Assembly: GCA_004297205.1 (NCBI GenBank)
Contig: SCUL01000002.1
Coordinates: 530,893 to 594,892 of the forward strand
Reading direction: 5' to 3'
From: Patescibacteria group bacterium
GTDB lineage: Bacteria > Patescibacteriota > Patescibacteriia > 2-12-FULL-57-11
DNA length: 64,000 nucleotides
Shown: positions 16,964-26,103 of the stretch, piece after piece
How positions within the stretch are numbered: position 1 is the first letter of the stretch
Layout of the letters: every line of letters begins with the position of its first letter
The notes under the pieces: generated by a model
Databases searched by the model: none
Told to the model about the DNA's origin: nothing
What the model saw: only the letters and a program-made list of their open reading frames with translations
Program-made: the position numbers and the translations under genes

Positions 16964-17779
16964 ATGCGCCGCCCCGCTCTCCTCGTCCTGCCGCTTCTCG
17001 TCGCCACCGGTTTCTTTGCGGCGCAACCGGCATTCGCACAGCTGCCGACGCTGGTTCCCGAGGCCTGCCGCGGCACGGCGGAGCTCGAGGAATGCGGCCT
17101 GAACGAAGCCGTGCAAGTATTCATCAACGTCGCCCAGTTCATCTTCGGCATTTCCGGCGCGGTGGCGCTCCTCATGTTCGTCTGGGGCGGCTTCTTGTGG
17201 CTGACCTCGGCCGGCAGTGCGGAAAAAGTGAAACAAGGACAGGCCGTGATCACCGGCGCCGTCATCGGCCTGCTCATCATCTTCGGGGCCTACGTCGGCG
17301 TGCAGTTCGTCGTCGGGGCGCTGCGCGGCACGGTCGCGCCGGGCGAGGTGATGATTCCGGGCGAGCGCTGCGGCAGCGGCGAGGCAGCAGGGCTCGCCGT
17401 CTATACCGGACGGGAAACCACGACGTCGACCGGCGGCCTGGAGTGCATTACGGATTGCGGGTCGCTCTCCGACCTGGGCTACGGACGGGAGGACCTCCGC
17501 GAAATCTCCGCGGCCGACTATGAATGCATCGACGGTCTGTTCCCGGACGAGGAAGAACCCATCAAATGCTGCCGGGCGCGCGCCGGCGGGTCCGGGTCCA
17601 CGGGAACCGGCGAAGGCCCGTCCTCGCCGCCCGAGGGCACCAGCGGCCGCAACAACTGCCGCTGTGCCAACACGACGGTTTCGGCACAAAGCACCTGCGC
17701 CCTGTGCGCCGCCTTCTGCGAATCGCGCGACAGCACCCTGTCCCAGTTCAACGGCGAACCGCTCACCCGTTGCCCCTGA
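16964..17779 (+). CDS. TrbC/VirB2-like pilin domain (N-terminal) fused to a C-terminal Cys-rich domain
   Basis: A signal peptide is followed by the pilin core FIFGISGAVALLMFVWGGFLWLTSAGSAEKVKQGQAVITGAVIGLLIIFGAY. The C-terminal region has about 12 cysteines (ECITDC, KCCRARAGG, NNCRCANTT, CALCAAFC). Confidence 0.7.
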   Translation: MRRPALLVLPLLVATGFFAAQPAFAQLPTLVPEACRGTAELEECGLNEAVQVFINVAQFIFGISGAVALLMFVWGGFLWLTSAGSAEKVKQGQAVITGAVIGLLIIFGAYVGVQFVVGALRGTVAPGEVMIPGERCGSGEAAGLAVYTGRETTTSTGGLECITDCGSLSDLGYGREDLREISAADYECIDGLFPDEEEPIKCCRARAGGSGSTGTGEGPSSPPEGTSGRNNCRCANTTVSAQSTCALCAAFCESRDSTLSQFNGEPLTRCP

Positions 17780-17793
17780 GAGCCGCTCCGGAA

Positions 17794-17817
17794 CCCCCGC
17801 CTTGGCGGGGGTTTTTC
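17794..17817 (+). terminator. Rho-independent terminator followed by a TATACT promoter
   Basis: Hairpin cccccgc cttg gcggggg followed by tttttcgtt. TATACT at 17838-17843 lies 9 nt before ATG 17853. Confidence 0.55.
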
Positions 17818-17852
17818 GTTCCTTCCCGGAAATGCGCTATACTGGGAGCCAT

Positions 17853-18731
17853 ATGCGCCGCACTCTCCTTCTGCTCGCTGCACTCGCCGTCCTGATCGCC
17901 CCCGTGCTGGCGGTCCCTTCATCCGCGGCCGCGGCCGACATCTGGCGTTGCACCTCCTGTGAATGCAACTGTGACGGAACGCCCGACTTCGAAAGTGGCG
18001 GCATTCCGGATCCCTCCCCGTTCGATGGGACCGATCCGCAGGGGACGTGCGACCGCTTCTGCTCCGGCGCCGACGGGTGCGACCGCGACGTCCCCCGCGA
18101 AGCCGCACGTGCCGTGAGCTGCACCAACCTCGGCCCTGCGGGCGGCGGCGCGGCGACCGGTTCCTGCTGGTGCATCAACGATGCAGGCACCTGCAGCCAC
18201 AACGCCGGCGTGACTGAAGGCAACTGCCGCGACCTCGCCGCCGGACCCTGCCGCGGCCAGCGCGTGGTGCGCTTTGAAGTCGAATACGACTGCTCGGTGT
18301 GTCTCGCCTCAAGCGGCTCGGGCTGCACGGCCGGCGCAGGCAGCTGTTCGGAGGAAACCATCGCCCGCTGCGAAGCGGGTGCGGGCGGCGGGCTTTCCCC
18401 GTCCGCGCCGGGCACCGGTACGACCGGTGACGTCGTCGGTCCCGGGGGCGGCCGCGGCGCACCGGCACCGACGTTGCCGAACCCGCTCGGCGGCACCACC
18501 GACATCCGTACCATCATCGGCCGCGTCATCAACGCCGCGCTCGGCATTTCCGGTTCCATCGCGCTTTTGATGTTCATCTGGGGTGGAATGCTTTGGTTGA
18601 CGTCGGGGGGCAGTCCTGAGAGAATACAGAAAGGAAAAAATACGATTGTCTGGGCCGTCTTGGGGCTCGTCCTCATCTTCGGCTCCTACGCGATCCTGAA
18701 CTTCGTGCTCGGAGCGATCCTCAGCGCGTAA
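17853..18731 (+). CDS. Cys-rich secreted domain (N-terminal) fused to a C-terminal TrbC/VirB2-like pilin domain
   Basis: ATG 17853 gives MRRTLLLLAALAVLIAPVLA. The N-terminal domain has about 24 cysteines (CTSCECNCDG, CDRFCSGADGCD, CWCINDAGTC). A Gly-rich linker follows, then the pilin core ALGISGSIALLMFIWGGMLWLTSGGSPERIQKGKNTIVWAVLGLVLIFGSY. Confidence 0.7.
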   Translation: MRRTLLLLAALAVLIAPVLAVPSSAAAADIWRCTSCECNCDGTPDFESGGIPDPSPFDGTDPQGTCDRFCSGADGCDRDVPREAARAVSCTNLGPAGGGAATGSCWCINDAGTCSHNAGVTEGNCRDLAAGPCRGQRVVRFEVEYDCSVCLASSGSGCTAGAGSCSEETIARCEAGAGGGLSPSAPGTGTTGDVVGPGGGRGAPAPTLPNPLGGTTDIRTIIGRVINAALGISGSIALLMFIWGGMLWLTSGGSPERIQKGKNTIVWAVLGLVLIFGSYAILNFVLGAILSA

Positions 18732-18830
18732 AAGGGGACGCACTATCCGAAGCGCGGGCGTGCGACGATCCGAAAACATCGGAACGCCGCAGCACCCGCA
18801 CTTCACCAATGAAAGGGGGTGACAACCTGC

Positions 18831-19202
18831 ATGCAACACATCAAACGCTTCGCATCCGGCATCGTGCCGTTCCTGATGCTCTCGCTGCCGATGGCCGCTC
18901 AGGCGGCCGGCGTCAACCTGGGTCTCACGAGCGACGTCGAAGGCGCGCTCGGTCTCGGTACTCAAGACGTCCGCGTGACCATCGCCCGGATCATCAACGT
19001 GTTCATGGGGCTCCTCGGCATCATCGCCGTGGTGATCATCCTCTACGGTGGATTCATCTGGATGACCGCCGCCGGCAACGAGGAACGCGTCGACAAGGCC
19101 CGCAAGATGATCGTGGCCGGCGTCATCGGCCTGGCCATCATCCTCTCGGCCTACGCCATCGCCCGCTTCGTGGTCAACTCGCTGGTCAACGCCACGAGCT
19201 AA
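18831..19202 (+). CDS. TrbC/VirB2-like pilin paralog
   Basis: ATG 18831 is preceded by AAAGGGGG at 10 nt. Core FMGLLGIIAVVIILYGGFIWMTAAGNEERVDKARKMIVAGVIGLAIILSAY. Confidence 0.7.
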   Translation: MQHIKRFASGIVPFLMLSLPMAAQAAGVNLGLTSDVEGALGLGTQDVRVTIARIINVFMGLLGIIAVVIILYGGFIWMTAAGNEERVDKARKMIVAGVIGLAIILSAYAIARFVVNSLVNATS

Positions 19203-19221
19203 CACCCGAAACACGGAACGG

Positions 19222-19246
19222 CCTCCCCAAACGGGGGGTCGTTTTG
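19222..19246 (+). terminator. weak terminator plus extended -10 (TGGTATACT)
   Basis: Hairpin cctcccc aaac gggggg followed by tcgtttt. TGgTATACT at 19245-19253 precedes a 50-nt leader containing hairpin GGGCGA..TCGCCC. Confidence 0.4.
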
Positions 19247-19303
19247 GTATACTGGGGGTGTCTGAATTAGGGCGATCGCAAGGCTCGCCCCTACGCCACA
19301 TCC

Positions 19304-19732
19304 ATGACTATGGTGCACCGTGCGCTTATCCGTATTTTCGGGGCTTCGGCAGGCGCTTCGCTCGTGCTCTGGAGCAGCCGCGCCGCGCTGGCTTTTTCGG
19401 TCGAAGACACCGGCCTTAAAACCACCGCCGGAGAAGCCGGCATCCCGACGAGTGAAGCCTCGCTGCCGGTGCTTGTGGGCACCATCCTGAACGGCGTGTT
19501 GTCGCTCGTCGGCGTCGTCTTTCTCGTGCTCATCGTCTGGGGCGGCTTCCTCTGGATGACGGCCCGCGGCAACGACCAGCAGGTGGAGAAGGCCAAAAAC
19601 CTGATCACCTCGGCCGTCATCGGGCTCATCATCATCGCCGGCGGTTACGCCATCACCAACTTCGTCCTGACGCAGATCATCGCCGCGACGACCGGCGCGG
19701 GCGAGGCGCCAGCTCCGGCCGACGGCGGCTAG
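19304..19732 (+). CDS. TrbC/VirB2-like pilin paralog
   Basis: Core LSLVGVVFLVLIVWGGFLWMTARGNDQQVEKAKNLITSAVIGLIIIAGGY. Signal peptide and Ala/Pro-rich tail. Confidence 0.75.
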   Translation: MTMVHRALIRIFGASAGASLVLWSSRAALAFSVEDTGLKTTAGEAGIPTSEASLPVLVGTILNGVLSLVGVVFLVLIVWGGFLWMTARGNDQQVEKAKNLITSAVIGLIIIAGGYAITNFVLTQIIAATTGAGEAPAPADGG

Positions 19733-19736
19733 TCCT

Positions 19737-20171
19737 ATGCGCGCCTCTTTCCGCAGCATCGCCGCCGGAGCAGGTTTGGCTCTCGCGCTCTCGACCGCCG
19801 CGCTGCCCGCCTTTGCACAGGGACTCGGCGGCGCCCAGGGCGAACTGGAGAAAGCCGGAAAAAAAGCCTTCGGCGAACAGGTCGTCAATCGCCCGCTCGA
19901 AGTCGTGGCCGGCCAGATCATCAACGCGTTCCTGTCGCTCTTCGGCGTCCTGTTCCTGGCCCTGATGGTCTACGGCGGCTACCTCTGGATGAACGCCCGC
20001 GGCAACGAGCAGCAAGTGGAGAAAGCAAAAAGCCTGATTACCGCCGCGGTCATCGGGTTGGTCATCGCCTTAGCCGGCTACATCATCACGCGCTTCGTCG
20101 TGAGCGGCATCCTCACGGCAACAACCGGCGCGGGCGAAGCACCGGCTCCGGCCGAAGAATCCGCACCCTGA
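19737..20171 (+). CDS. TrbC/VirB2-like pilin paralog
   Basis: Core LSLFGVLFLALMVYGGYLWMNARGNEQQVEKAKSLITAAVIGLVIALAGY. Follows the previous gene after 4 nt. Confidence 0.75.
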   Translation: MRASFRSIAAGAGLALALSTAALPAFAQGLGGAQGELEKAGKKAFGEQVVNRPLEVVAGQIINAFLSLFGVLFLALMVYGGYLWMNARGNEQQVEKAKSLITAAVIGLVIALAGYIITRFVVSGILTATTGAGEAPAPAEESAP

Positions 20172-20172
20172 T

Positions 20173-20556
20173 ATGCACCGCTTCTTCACCGCCGCCGCCT
20201 CGGCCATATTCGGCATTGCCGCGCCGACGGTCGTCTTTGCGGCCAGCGCCCTGGAACGGCTGGACAAGGCCGCCAATGAAGCATTTCCCGGCCAGCGCGA
20301 GCGCCAGGCCCCGGAAGTCGCCGGTCAGGTCATCAACTTCTTCATCGGCGTCCTCGGCATCCTGTTCCTCGTGCTCATGGTCTACGGCGGCTACCTCTGG
20401 ATGAACGCCCGCGGCAACGAGCAGCAGGTGGATAAAGCCAAGAGCCTCATCACCCAGGCAGTGCTCGGACTGATCATCGTCCTCGCCGGCTACGCCATCA
20501 CCTACTTCGTTGTCACCAACCTCGTGAACGCCACCGGCGGCGTCACCACGCCCTGA
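20173..20556 (+). CDS. TrbC/VirB2-like pilin paralog
   Basis: Core IGVLGILFLVLMVYGGYLWMNARGNEQQVDKAKSLITQAVLGLIIVLAGY. Follows the previous gene after 1 nt. Confidence 0.75.
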   Translation: MHRFFTAAASAIFGIAAPTVVFAASALERLDKAANEAFPGQRERQAPEVAGQVINFFIGVLGILFLVLMVYGGYLWMNARGNEQQVDKAKSLITQAVLGLIIVLAGYAITYFVVTNLVNATGGVTTP

Positions 20557-20559
20557 CCT

Positions 20560-20961
20560 ATGACGCGCCTCCGCACCTACGCCCGCCGATTCGCTGCCGC
20601 CGCGCCTCTCGCTGCCGCCTCGTTCTTTCTGACGGCCAACGCCATGGCCGCGTCGGGGCTCATCAACAACCTGCAGGACACGGGCGAAGCCGGATTCGGC
20701 GTCCGGGAACCGCGCTCGCTGCCGGTCACCGTCGGACGCATCATCAACGTCTTTCTCGGCATCCTCGGCATCTTCGCCGTGGTCCTCATCATCTACGCCG
20801 GCTACCTCTGGATGAACGCCCGCGGCAACGAGCAGCAGGTGGAGAAGGCCCGCAGCATCCTGACGCAGGCCGTGATCGGATTGATCATCATCCTGGCCAG
20901 CTACTCGATCGCCGGCTTCGTCGTCCGGAACCTCGTGAACGCCACGACCGGCACCCGCTAG
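20560..20961 (+). CDS. TrbC/VirB2-like pilin paralog
   Basis: Core LGILGIFAVVLIIYAGYLWMNARGNEQQVEKARSILTQAVIGLIIILASY. Follows the previous gene after 3 nt. It is the last gene of the array. Confidence 0.75.
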   Translation: MTRLRTYARRFAAAAPLAAASFFLTANAMAASGLINNLQDTGEAGFGVREPRSLPVTVGRIINVFLGILGIFAVVLIIYAGYLWMNARGNEQQVEKARSILTQAVIGLIIILASYSIAGFVVRNLVNATTGTR

Positions 20962-20970
20962 TGAAACCAA

Positions 20971-20996
20971 AAGCCCCCTTGCGGGGGCTTTTTTGA
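20971..20996 (+). terminator. Rho-independent terminator closing the pilin operon
   Basis: Hairpin agccccc ttgc gggggct followed by tttttt. Confidence 0.65.
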
Positions 20997-21070
20997 TAAA
21001 AAAATACACGCGCCACGGAGGAGAACCTTTTGGGTCCATCACTCCGTGACGCGCTTGCGCCGTTGTGGCG

Positions 21071-21991
21071 CTAGGGTGCTCCGCACCTCCTGCCGCCGAG
21101 CTCGTCCCAGCGGAGACTGAGAAGGTCGCCGCCGGGACCACTCGGATCGAAGTCGAAACTGCCTCCGGCGAGCCGCATGGGAGTCATCCCGAGCGGCGCG
21201 TCGTAGATCGTCACTACGACGTTGTGATGTCCCGGACCGACCGGAATGTAGGTGTAGGAGCCGGACAGCCTGTCGCGCCCCGGAGGGAGCAAGTAGGCCG
21301 TGCTGCGCACGCCATGGCTGTCGATCACGGGGATCGCAGGCCAGGCGCTGCCCATCTCGACAGGGATCACCACGCGGCCGTCCACTCGGACTTCCGCGGC
21401 GATGGTGAAGTGCGCGACACCGCCGCTCCCGAGACAGAACAGCCCGTTCCAGAGCCGCAGGCCGCGTCGAGACGACCAGGGCACCGGACGCCGGTGGAGG
21501 AAGCCCGGGAGCGACGTGACGAGCGGCATGCCGCCCGACATGCTCGCCGCAGCCTCCCCGATGTAGGGCAGCCGCGGCGTCGTCGGCTCTACCGGCACCA
21601 CCGTGGGCGGCTCTGCGACGCGCTCCTCGCGGAGCGCCCGCAGATCCTCCTCGAGCAACCGAAGCCGCTCGAGCAGGGCCGCACGCTCGGCATCCGCGAC
21701 GACCGCTTCCGCACGCTCGGCCGCGTCGTCGAGCGTCACGGCGGCGGGCGGTGACACGGGCGCCACCACCGGCGCGGCGGCGACCGTCTCCTCCGCGAGA
21801 CCGCGAAGGATCCGGATGCGCCGCTCGCTGGCGTCGGCGAGCGCCTCCTCGCCGCAGGCCCGGAGGCCCGCGACGGTCGCCTCGGTGGGCAGATCGACCA
21901 CGGGCGGACAGGGCGGCCGCTCGGCCTCCTGCGCCAGCACCGTGACCGGGACGAAGAGCGCGAGCGCGCAGACGACGATCGTCCGGCTCAT
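21071..21991 (-). CDS. secreted hypothetical protein (306 aa) with coiled-coil region
   Basis: ATG 21991 overlaps the upstream stop (ATGA). Signal peptide MSRTIVVCALALFVPVTVLAQEA. An Ala/Glu/Arg-rich helical segment is followed by a C-terminal globular domain. Confidence 0.55.
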   Translation of the reverse strand: MSRTIVVCALALFVPVTVLAQEAERPPCPPVVDLPTEATVAGLRACGEEALADASERRIRILRGLAEETVAAAPVVAPVSPPAAVTLDDAAERAEAVVADAERAALLERLRLLEEDLRALREERVAEPPTVVPVEPTTPRLPYIGEAAASMSGGMPLVTSLPGFLHRRPVPWSSRRGLRLWNGLFCLGSGGVAHFTIAAEVRVDGRVVIPVEMGSAWPAIPVIDSHGVRSTAYLLPPGRDRLSGSYTYIPVGPGHHNVVVTIYDAPLGMTPMRLAGGSFDFDPSGPGGDLLSLRWDELGGRRCGAP

Positions 21992-22596
21992 CGCGCACCT
22001 CCGTCCGTCGTTCCCTCGACCGTGTAGCCGTGGAACATGTCCACGGCCTCGCCGGTGGCCCGCTCGAGACGCTCGACGCGCCGCGAGAGGTCGGCCGAAC
22101 CGACCGCGCCGTAGCCCCCGACCGTGTCGGCGTAGGCCGAGGTCGGCCCCGTGTCGAACATCGGGAAGTAGTACCCGGGTCCGCCGACACCCCCGCCGCC
22201 GAAGTACGAGCCGAAGCTCGGGTCCTCGGAGAGCAGCGTCTGCAGCAGCCACGGGTACCGCCCGATGCAGGTCGAGAGGTCGCGCTCGCGCCCGTCGTCC
22301 GCGCCGTGCATGCACGCCGCGAGCTCCGGGGTGAGCGCCTCGATCAGCAGCGCGTGCGCGCGGCTGATGCCGGCGCGTGCCGTGATGCGGCCCGCCTCGG
22401 CCTCGGCCACCACGGTGGTGGCGCGAACCGAGCCGGCGGCCAGGATCGTCGACGACGGGGGCTCGGTGGAGCTCCCGCGGATCGACGCCCCGTGTCCGTC
22501 GTAGGACACGGGGTGCGAGAGGGAGATCCCTCCCGCGCAGCCCGCTCCCAGAAGGACGAGGGCCAGGATTCCACAGAAACAGTTGAGCTCGCGCAT
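21988..22596 (-). CDS. lipoprotein, unknown function (203 aa)
   Basis: ATG 22596 is preceded by AAGGAGAG at 7 nt. Lipobox LLGAGC. A Gly-rich segment GGGGVGGPGYYFP is present. Confidence 0.6.
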   Translation of the reverse strand: MRELNCFCGILALVLLGAGCAGGISLSHPVSYDGHGASIRGSSTEPPSSTILAAGSVRATTVVAEAEAGRITARAGISRAHALLIEALTPELAACMHGADDGRERDLSTCIGRYPWLLQTLLSEDPSFGSYFGGGGVGGPGYYFPMFDTGPTSAYADTVGGYGAVGSADLSRRVERLERATGEAVDMFHGYTVEGTTDGGAR

Positions 22597-22730
22597 CGTC
22601 GTTCTCTCCTTGGGAGCGGGTTTACGTGCCTCCCAGCACGGTGCCTTCCAGCACATCCCGGCCGATTTCATGATAAACAGGCCAAAATGTGCTGGAAAAC
22701 ACGACTTGGGATTCAAAGAACGAACGGCTG

Positions 22731-22760
22731 AATATACCAGAAAAAGGCCTTTTTGTCAAC
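22731..22760 (-). promoter_or_regulatory. strong sigma70 promoter (TTGACA-17-TGgTATATT) with a 125-nt structured leader
   Basis: The minus strand reads TTGACA aaaaggcctttttctgg TATATT. The leader contains a 9-bp inverted repeat CCAGCACAT..ATGTGCTGG and ends in the SD. Confidence 0.6.
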
Positions 22761-22847
22761 CCCCACTTTAACACGGGCAAAAAGAAGCGGGTGCCTCGGT
22801 GAGCCCTTGTGGGACCCAACCGAGACACCCGTTCGCGACCGGGCGCG

Positions 22848-24464
22848 TTACCGCCCGTAGTCGCTGTACGCAACCCGCCACGACTCGCTCTGGCAGGCCC
22901 CCACCGCGTCGCGGTAGGCCTCCCAGCCGCTGCGGCCGGCAGCGTCGGGACACTCGTCCCCGTGCTCCGCGAAGTAGGCCCGGATGCGGCCTTCCTCCGC
23001 GCGTGCCGGCGCCCAGGGGTCGCTCCGCCGCGGTGGCGGGGGCGACTCTCTGGAGGCCGACGTGGCCGGCGGCGGATCGCTGCGCGGGGGTTCCGCGCTG
23101 CGCTCCATCGCGGCGATGCGGGTGCGGCAGATCCCGCCCACCTCGTCCCATCGCGCATGCGCCACGATGGCGATGCCGGCGATGAGACTCACGGTCGTGA
23201 GCCAGCCGATGACGTTCCCGGTTCGCGGGAAGTACCGTCGAAGGCCCCACAGCACGCCCCAGATGAGCCAGAGAACCAGAACGAACAGGAATCCGAACGG
23301 GTTCGTCTGACAGAGCGTCTGGTTCGTCGGCCAGATGAGATGCGCAATGAAGACCAGGGTAGCAATGGTGCTCGCCACGGCGAGGAGGAAGATCCAGGCG
23401 TTCGCCAGGATCCAACCACCGCCGTCTCCACCGCCGTCGCCGCGCCCGACCGTTCCGGACGCCGCGATGCCGGGAATGCCCGCCTTTGCGCCGAGGCGCG
23501 CCTCACCCTCCGGCGGCTCTCTCAGGAGTCGCACGATCACCGAGATGACGGCGACGTGGAACCCGATGAAGCCGAGGAGGAGGAGCGCGCCGACCACGAC
23601 GCCGAGGACGTCTCCGCTGTGCGGCCACTGGGCCGCCACGGCGTGCTGCGTCAGCAGATCGGTGTGCGCCGGCACGTACCAGGTGATCCAGTTGTGGAAC
23701 AGCCGGTACCAGACGTTCGCCAGCAGCCCGTCGAGACCGACGGGCGCGGGCACCGCCATGGTGCTACCGCTCACGCCGCCGGCGAGCACCCTCCACCACT
23801 GGCCGAACACGGCCCGGAAGAGGATGGTCGCCACACCCCCGAAGATGTAGTGCAGCATGACCCCCGCGAGGAAGTCGAAGCCGAGCCCTACCTTTCGGCC
23901 GCGCTGGCGAAGCCAGAACGCCGCGGCAAGCATGCCGACGCCGACCATGCCGAGAACGGCGAGGGTCAGCACGTGCGGGAAGGGCACCATCCATGCCCCC
24001 ATCGTGAGCACCCAGGCCGGCAGGCAGAACGCCCGCTTGCCCAGCGTCATGATGGCCGCGCTGTTGAACAGCCGGATGTTGCCCTCTCCGTCCCGGACCT
24101 TGGGGTCCTGGACGCGAGCGAGCTGCCCACCCTCCCGGAGCACCTCCGCGATCTCTCCTGCAGGGATCTGCAGGAGGTCGACGCCGATGCGCAGCCGGAC
24201 CACGTAGATCCAGATGAGCGCGGCGAGGAGAAGCGCGGGCGGGAAGGCGGCGGCGAGGCCGAGAAGGGCGAGGAGCCACGACTCGACGAAGGCGCTGCAG
24301 ACCATCAGCCCCATGCCACCCGCGAAGGCGAGCACGAGGAGCGGGATGATCAGCAGTGACCACGCCCGGATGAAGGTCAGAATCGCCACGAAGGGCGACC
24401 AGACCAGGGCGAGGGCGGCCGTGTAGCCGTTCCACGCCTGCAGAGCTACGGTTCTCCAGTTCAT
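22848..24464 (-). CDS. polytopic membrane protein (538 aa) with a C-terminal soluble Cys-containing domain
   Basis: ATG 24464 is preceded by AGGAGG at 5 nt. About 12 TM helices. The C-terminus reads YFAEHGDECPDAAGRSGWEAYRDAVGACQSESW. Confidence 0.6.
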   Translation of the reverse strand: MNWRTVALQAWNGYTAALALVWSPFVAILTFIRAWSLLIIPLLVLAFAGGMGLMVCSAFVESWLLALLGLAAAFPPALLLAALIWIYVVRLRIGVDLLQIPAGEIAEVLREGGQLARVQDPKVRDGEGNIRLFNSAAIMTLGKRAFCLPAWVLTMGAWMVPFPHVLTLAVLGMVGVGMLAAAFWLRQRGRKVGLGFDFLAGVMLHYIFGGVATILFRAVFGQWWRVLAGGVSGSTMAVPAPVGLDGLLANVWYRLFHNWITWYVPAHTDLLTQHAVAAQWPHSGDVLGVVVGALLLLGFIGFHVAVISVIVRLLREPPEGEARLGAKAGIPGIAASGTVGRGDGGGDGGGWILANAWIFLLAVASTIATLVFIAHLIWPTNQTLCQTNPFGFLFVLVLWLIWGVLWGLRRYFPRTGNVIGWLTTVSLIAGIAIVAHARWDEVGGICRTRIAAMERSAEPPRSDPPPATSASRESPPPPRRSDPWAPARAEEGRIRAYFAEHGDECPDAAGRSGWEAYRDAVGACQSESWRVAYSDYGR

Positions 24465-24474
24465 CTCTTCCTCC

Positions 24475-25989
24475 TCAGATCTTCAGGTTCCGAATGCCGT
24501 TGGTGATGTCGCCCGTGACCGTCCCGGCGATGTCCGCGCCGAGCTGGCTGAGCATCTTGCCGGTACGACCCGCGAAGGCCGCCACCGAGCGCGATGCGCC
24601 AGCGTCCTTGATGAGCTGCATCCGCTGCTTGAGCAGGTCGAGCGTGAGCTCGCCCTTGCGCTCCGGGATCGCCATCAGGCGCGCCCAGAAGTCGTCCCAG
24701 GTCAGCGCCGGCACCGAAGCCGTCGCCGCCGGATGCATCCGCTCGAGCGTCGTCAGACGACCCTCGAAGATCGGCTTGGTGAGCGCGACCGTCCGCTTGG
24801 GAAGCGACAGGACGCGCTGCTTGATGACAGCCAGGGTGAGCGGCGCGCCGCCGGCGGGCGGGGCGATGAGCCCCTGCGCCTGCGTGACGGTCGCGACCCG
24901 CGACTCTGCCTCGGCGATGAGCGCCGCGGCCTCGCCCGGAGCCACCGTCACGGCGGTTGCCGTGAACGTGCTCCAGGTCACGCTCGCGGCGACGACCGCC
25001 GGCAGACCCCCTGCGTCCGCCGGAGCGGAGAACAGGTAGACCATGCGGTCGGCGTGGCCGGCGTGCGGCGCGAGCCGCCGCAGGGTGTCCGTGAAGTCGT
25101 CCGGATCCGCGTACTCGACGCGGAGCCAGTCGACCTGGGCGGCGATCTGCGTGAAGGCGACCGCCGGAACGGCGGGCGCCGCCACGGCCGGCAGCGGTGC
25201 CAGCAGGCCGGTGAGCTGCCCGTCGCGCGTGATGCGCTTGCGCAGCTCCTCGTAGGCCGCCGGACGCTTGGTCGCCTCGCAGTTGGTCTCGACGAACTTC
25301 ACGACCTCGAGTCGGGCGTTGTTCCCGGCGAGATCCGTGTCGAACGGCGGGGGCGGCAGCGGCGTCGCACTCAGGGTCACCCCTTCGTGCGCGTAGTTGA
25401 GGTGCTGGTGGATGTCCGCCTGCACCTCCGCCGCGAGCTGTCTCTCCGTCGGGTCCAGTGACCTGAGGCCGCTGTCGAGCAGAGCGCCGATCTCCGGGTG
25501 CTTGTTGAGCACTTCGGAGGGCGACATCTCGCGCGGGCCGGCCGGAGCCGCCGGAGCGGTGCCCGCGGCCGGAGCCGCCGGGCCGGTGACGCCCTTGCCG
25601 TCCTGTTCCTCGCGGAGGCGGCGGGTGAAGCCCTCCGCGAACTCGCTGGACCAGGCACGCGGACGCTCGTGGTCGGTCCACTTCATCGCGACGAAGTTGG
25701 CCGCGGCCGGACCGACGTACTCGAGGATGCTCGCGGGCGCGACCAACAGGAGGGCGCGCGCCGCGGGCATCTTCAGGAAGTGCTCCGCGAACCGCACGCC
25801 GAGCTTGTCGGCCTGCTTGTTGACCGCCGAATCGGCGAGAACCTCGCCGAAGGTGTCGGTCGGACTGATGTCCAGCACCGCGTTGAGCAGGGCCTTGCCC
25901 CGCCCCACCTGCCGCCTGAGCGGGTCGGCGTTGTCGTCGTCCCCGCCCTTCCTACCGCCGCCCTTGCGGGCACCTCGATCGTCTGCCAT
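24475..25989 (-). CDS. hypothetical protein (504 aa), no recognisable domain
   Basis: ATG 25989 is preceded by GGAGGA at 7 nt. The stop lies 10 nt before the downstream ATG (operon). Ala/Pro-rich linkers. Confidence 0.6.
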   Translation of the reverse strand: MADDRGARKGGGRKGGDDDNADPLRRQVGRGKALLNAVLDISPTDTFGEVLADSAVNKQADKLGVRFAEHFLKMPAARALLLVAPASILEYVGPAAANFVAMKWTDHERPRAWSSEFAEGFTRRLREEQDGKGVTGPAAPAAGTAPAAPAGPREMSPSEVLNKHPEIGALLDSGLRSLDPTERQLAAEVQADIHQHLNYAHEGVTLSATPLPPPPFDTDLAGNNARLEVVKFVETNCEATKRPAAYEELRKRITRDGQLTGLLAPLPAVAAPAVPAVAFTQIAAQVDWLRVEYADPDDFTDTLRRLAPHAGHADRMVYLFSAPADAGGLPAVVAASVTWSTFTATAVTVAPGEAAALIAEAESRVATVTQAQGLIAPPAGGAPLTLAVIKQRVLSLPKRTVALTKPIFEGRLTTLERMHPAATASVPALTWDDFWARLMAIPERKGELTLDLLKQRMQLIKDAGASRSVAAFAGRTGKMLSQLGADIAGTVTGDITNGIRNLKI

Positions 25990-26103
25990 GGGCAGTTCCT
26001 CCGTGTTCTTTTGGTTTGTGGGTTAAGTTATCAACGAGCGACACTAAGCGTCGGTCAGATGACCCAAGCCATGTACACGGAGGTCCGCGCACAATGACGA
26101 GCC

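Noticed and set aside
22809-24359. 516-aa plus-strand ORF
   Set aside because: It is antisense to the 538-aa membrane-protein gene. The latter has a strong SD and coherent TM topology, whereas the antisense product is Arg/Asp/Glu-rich junk.
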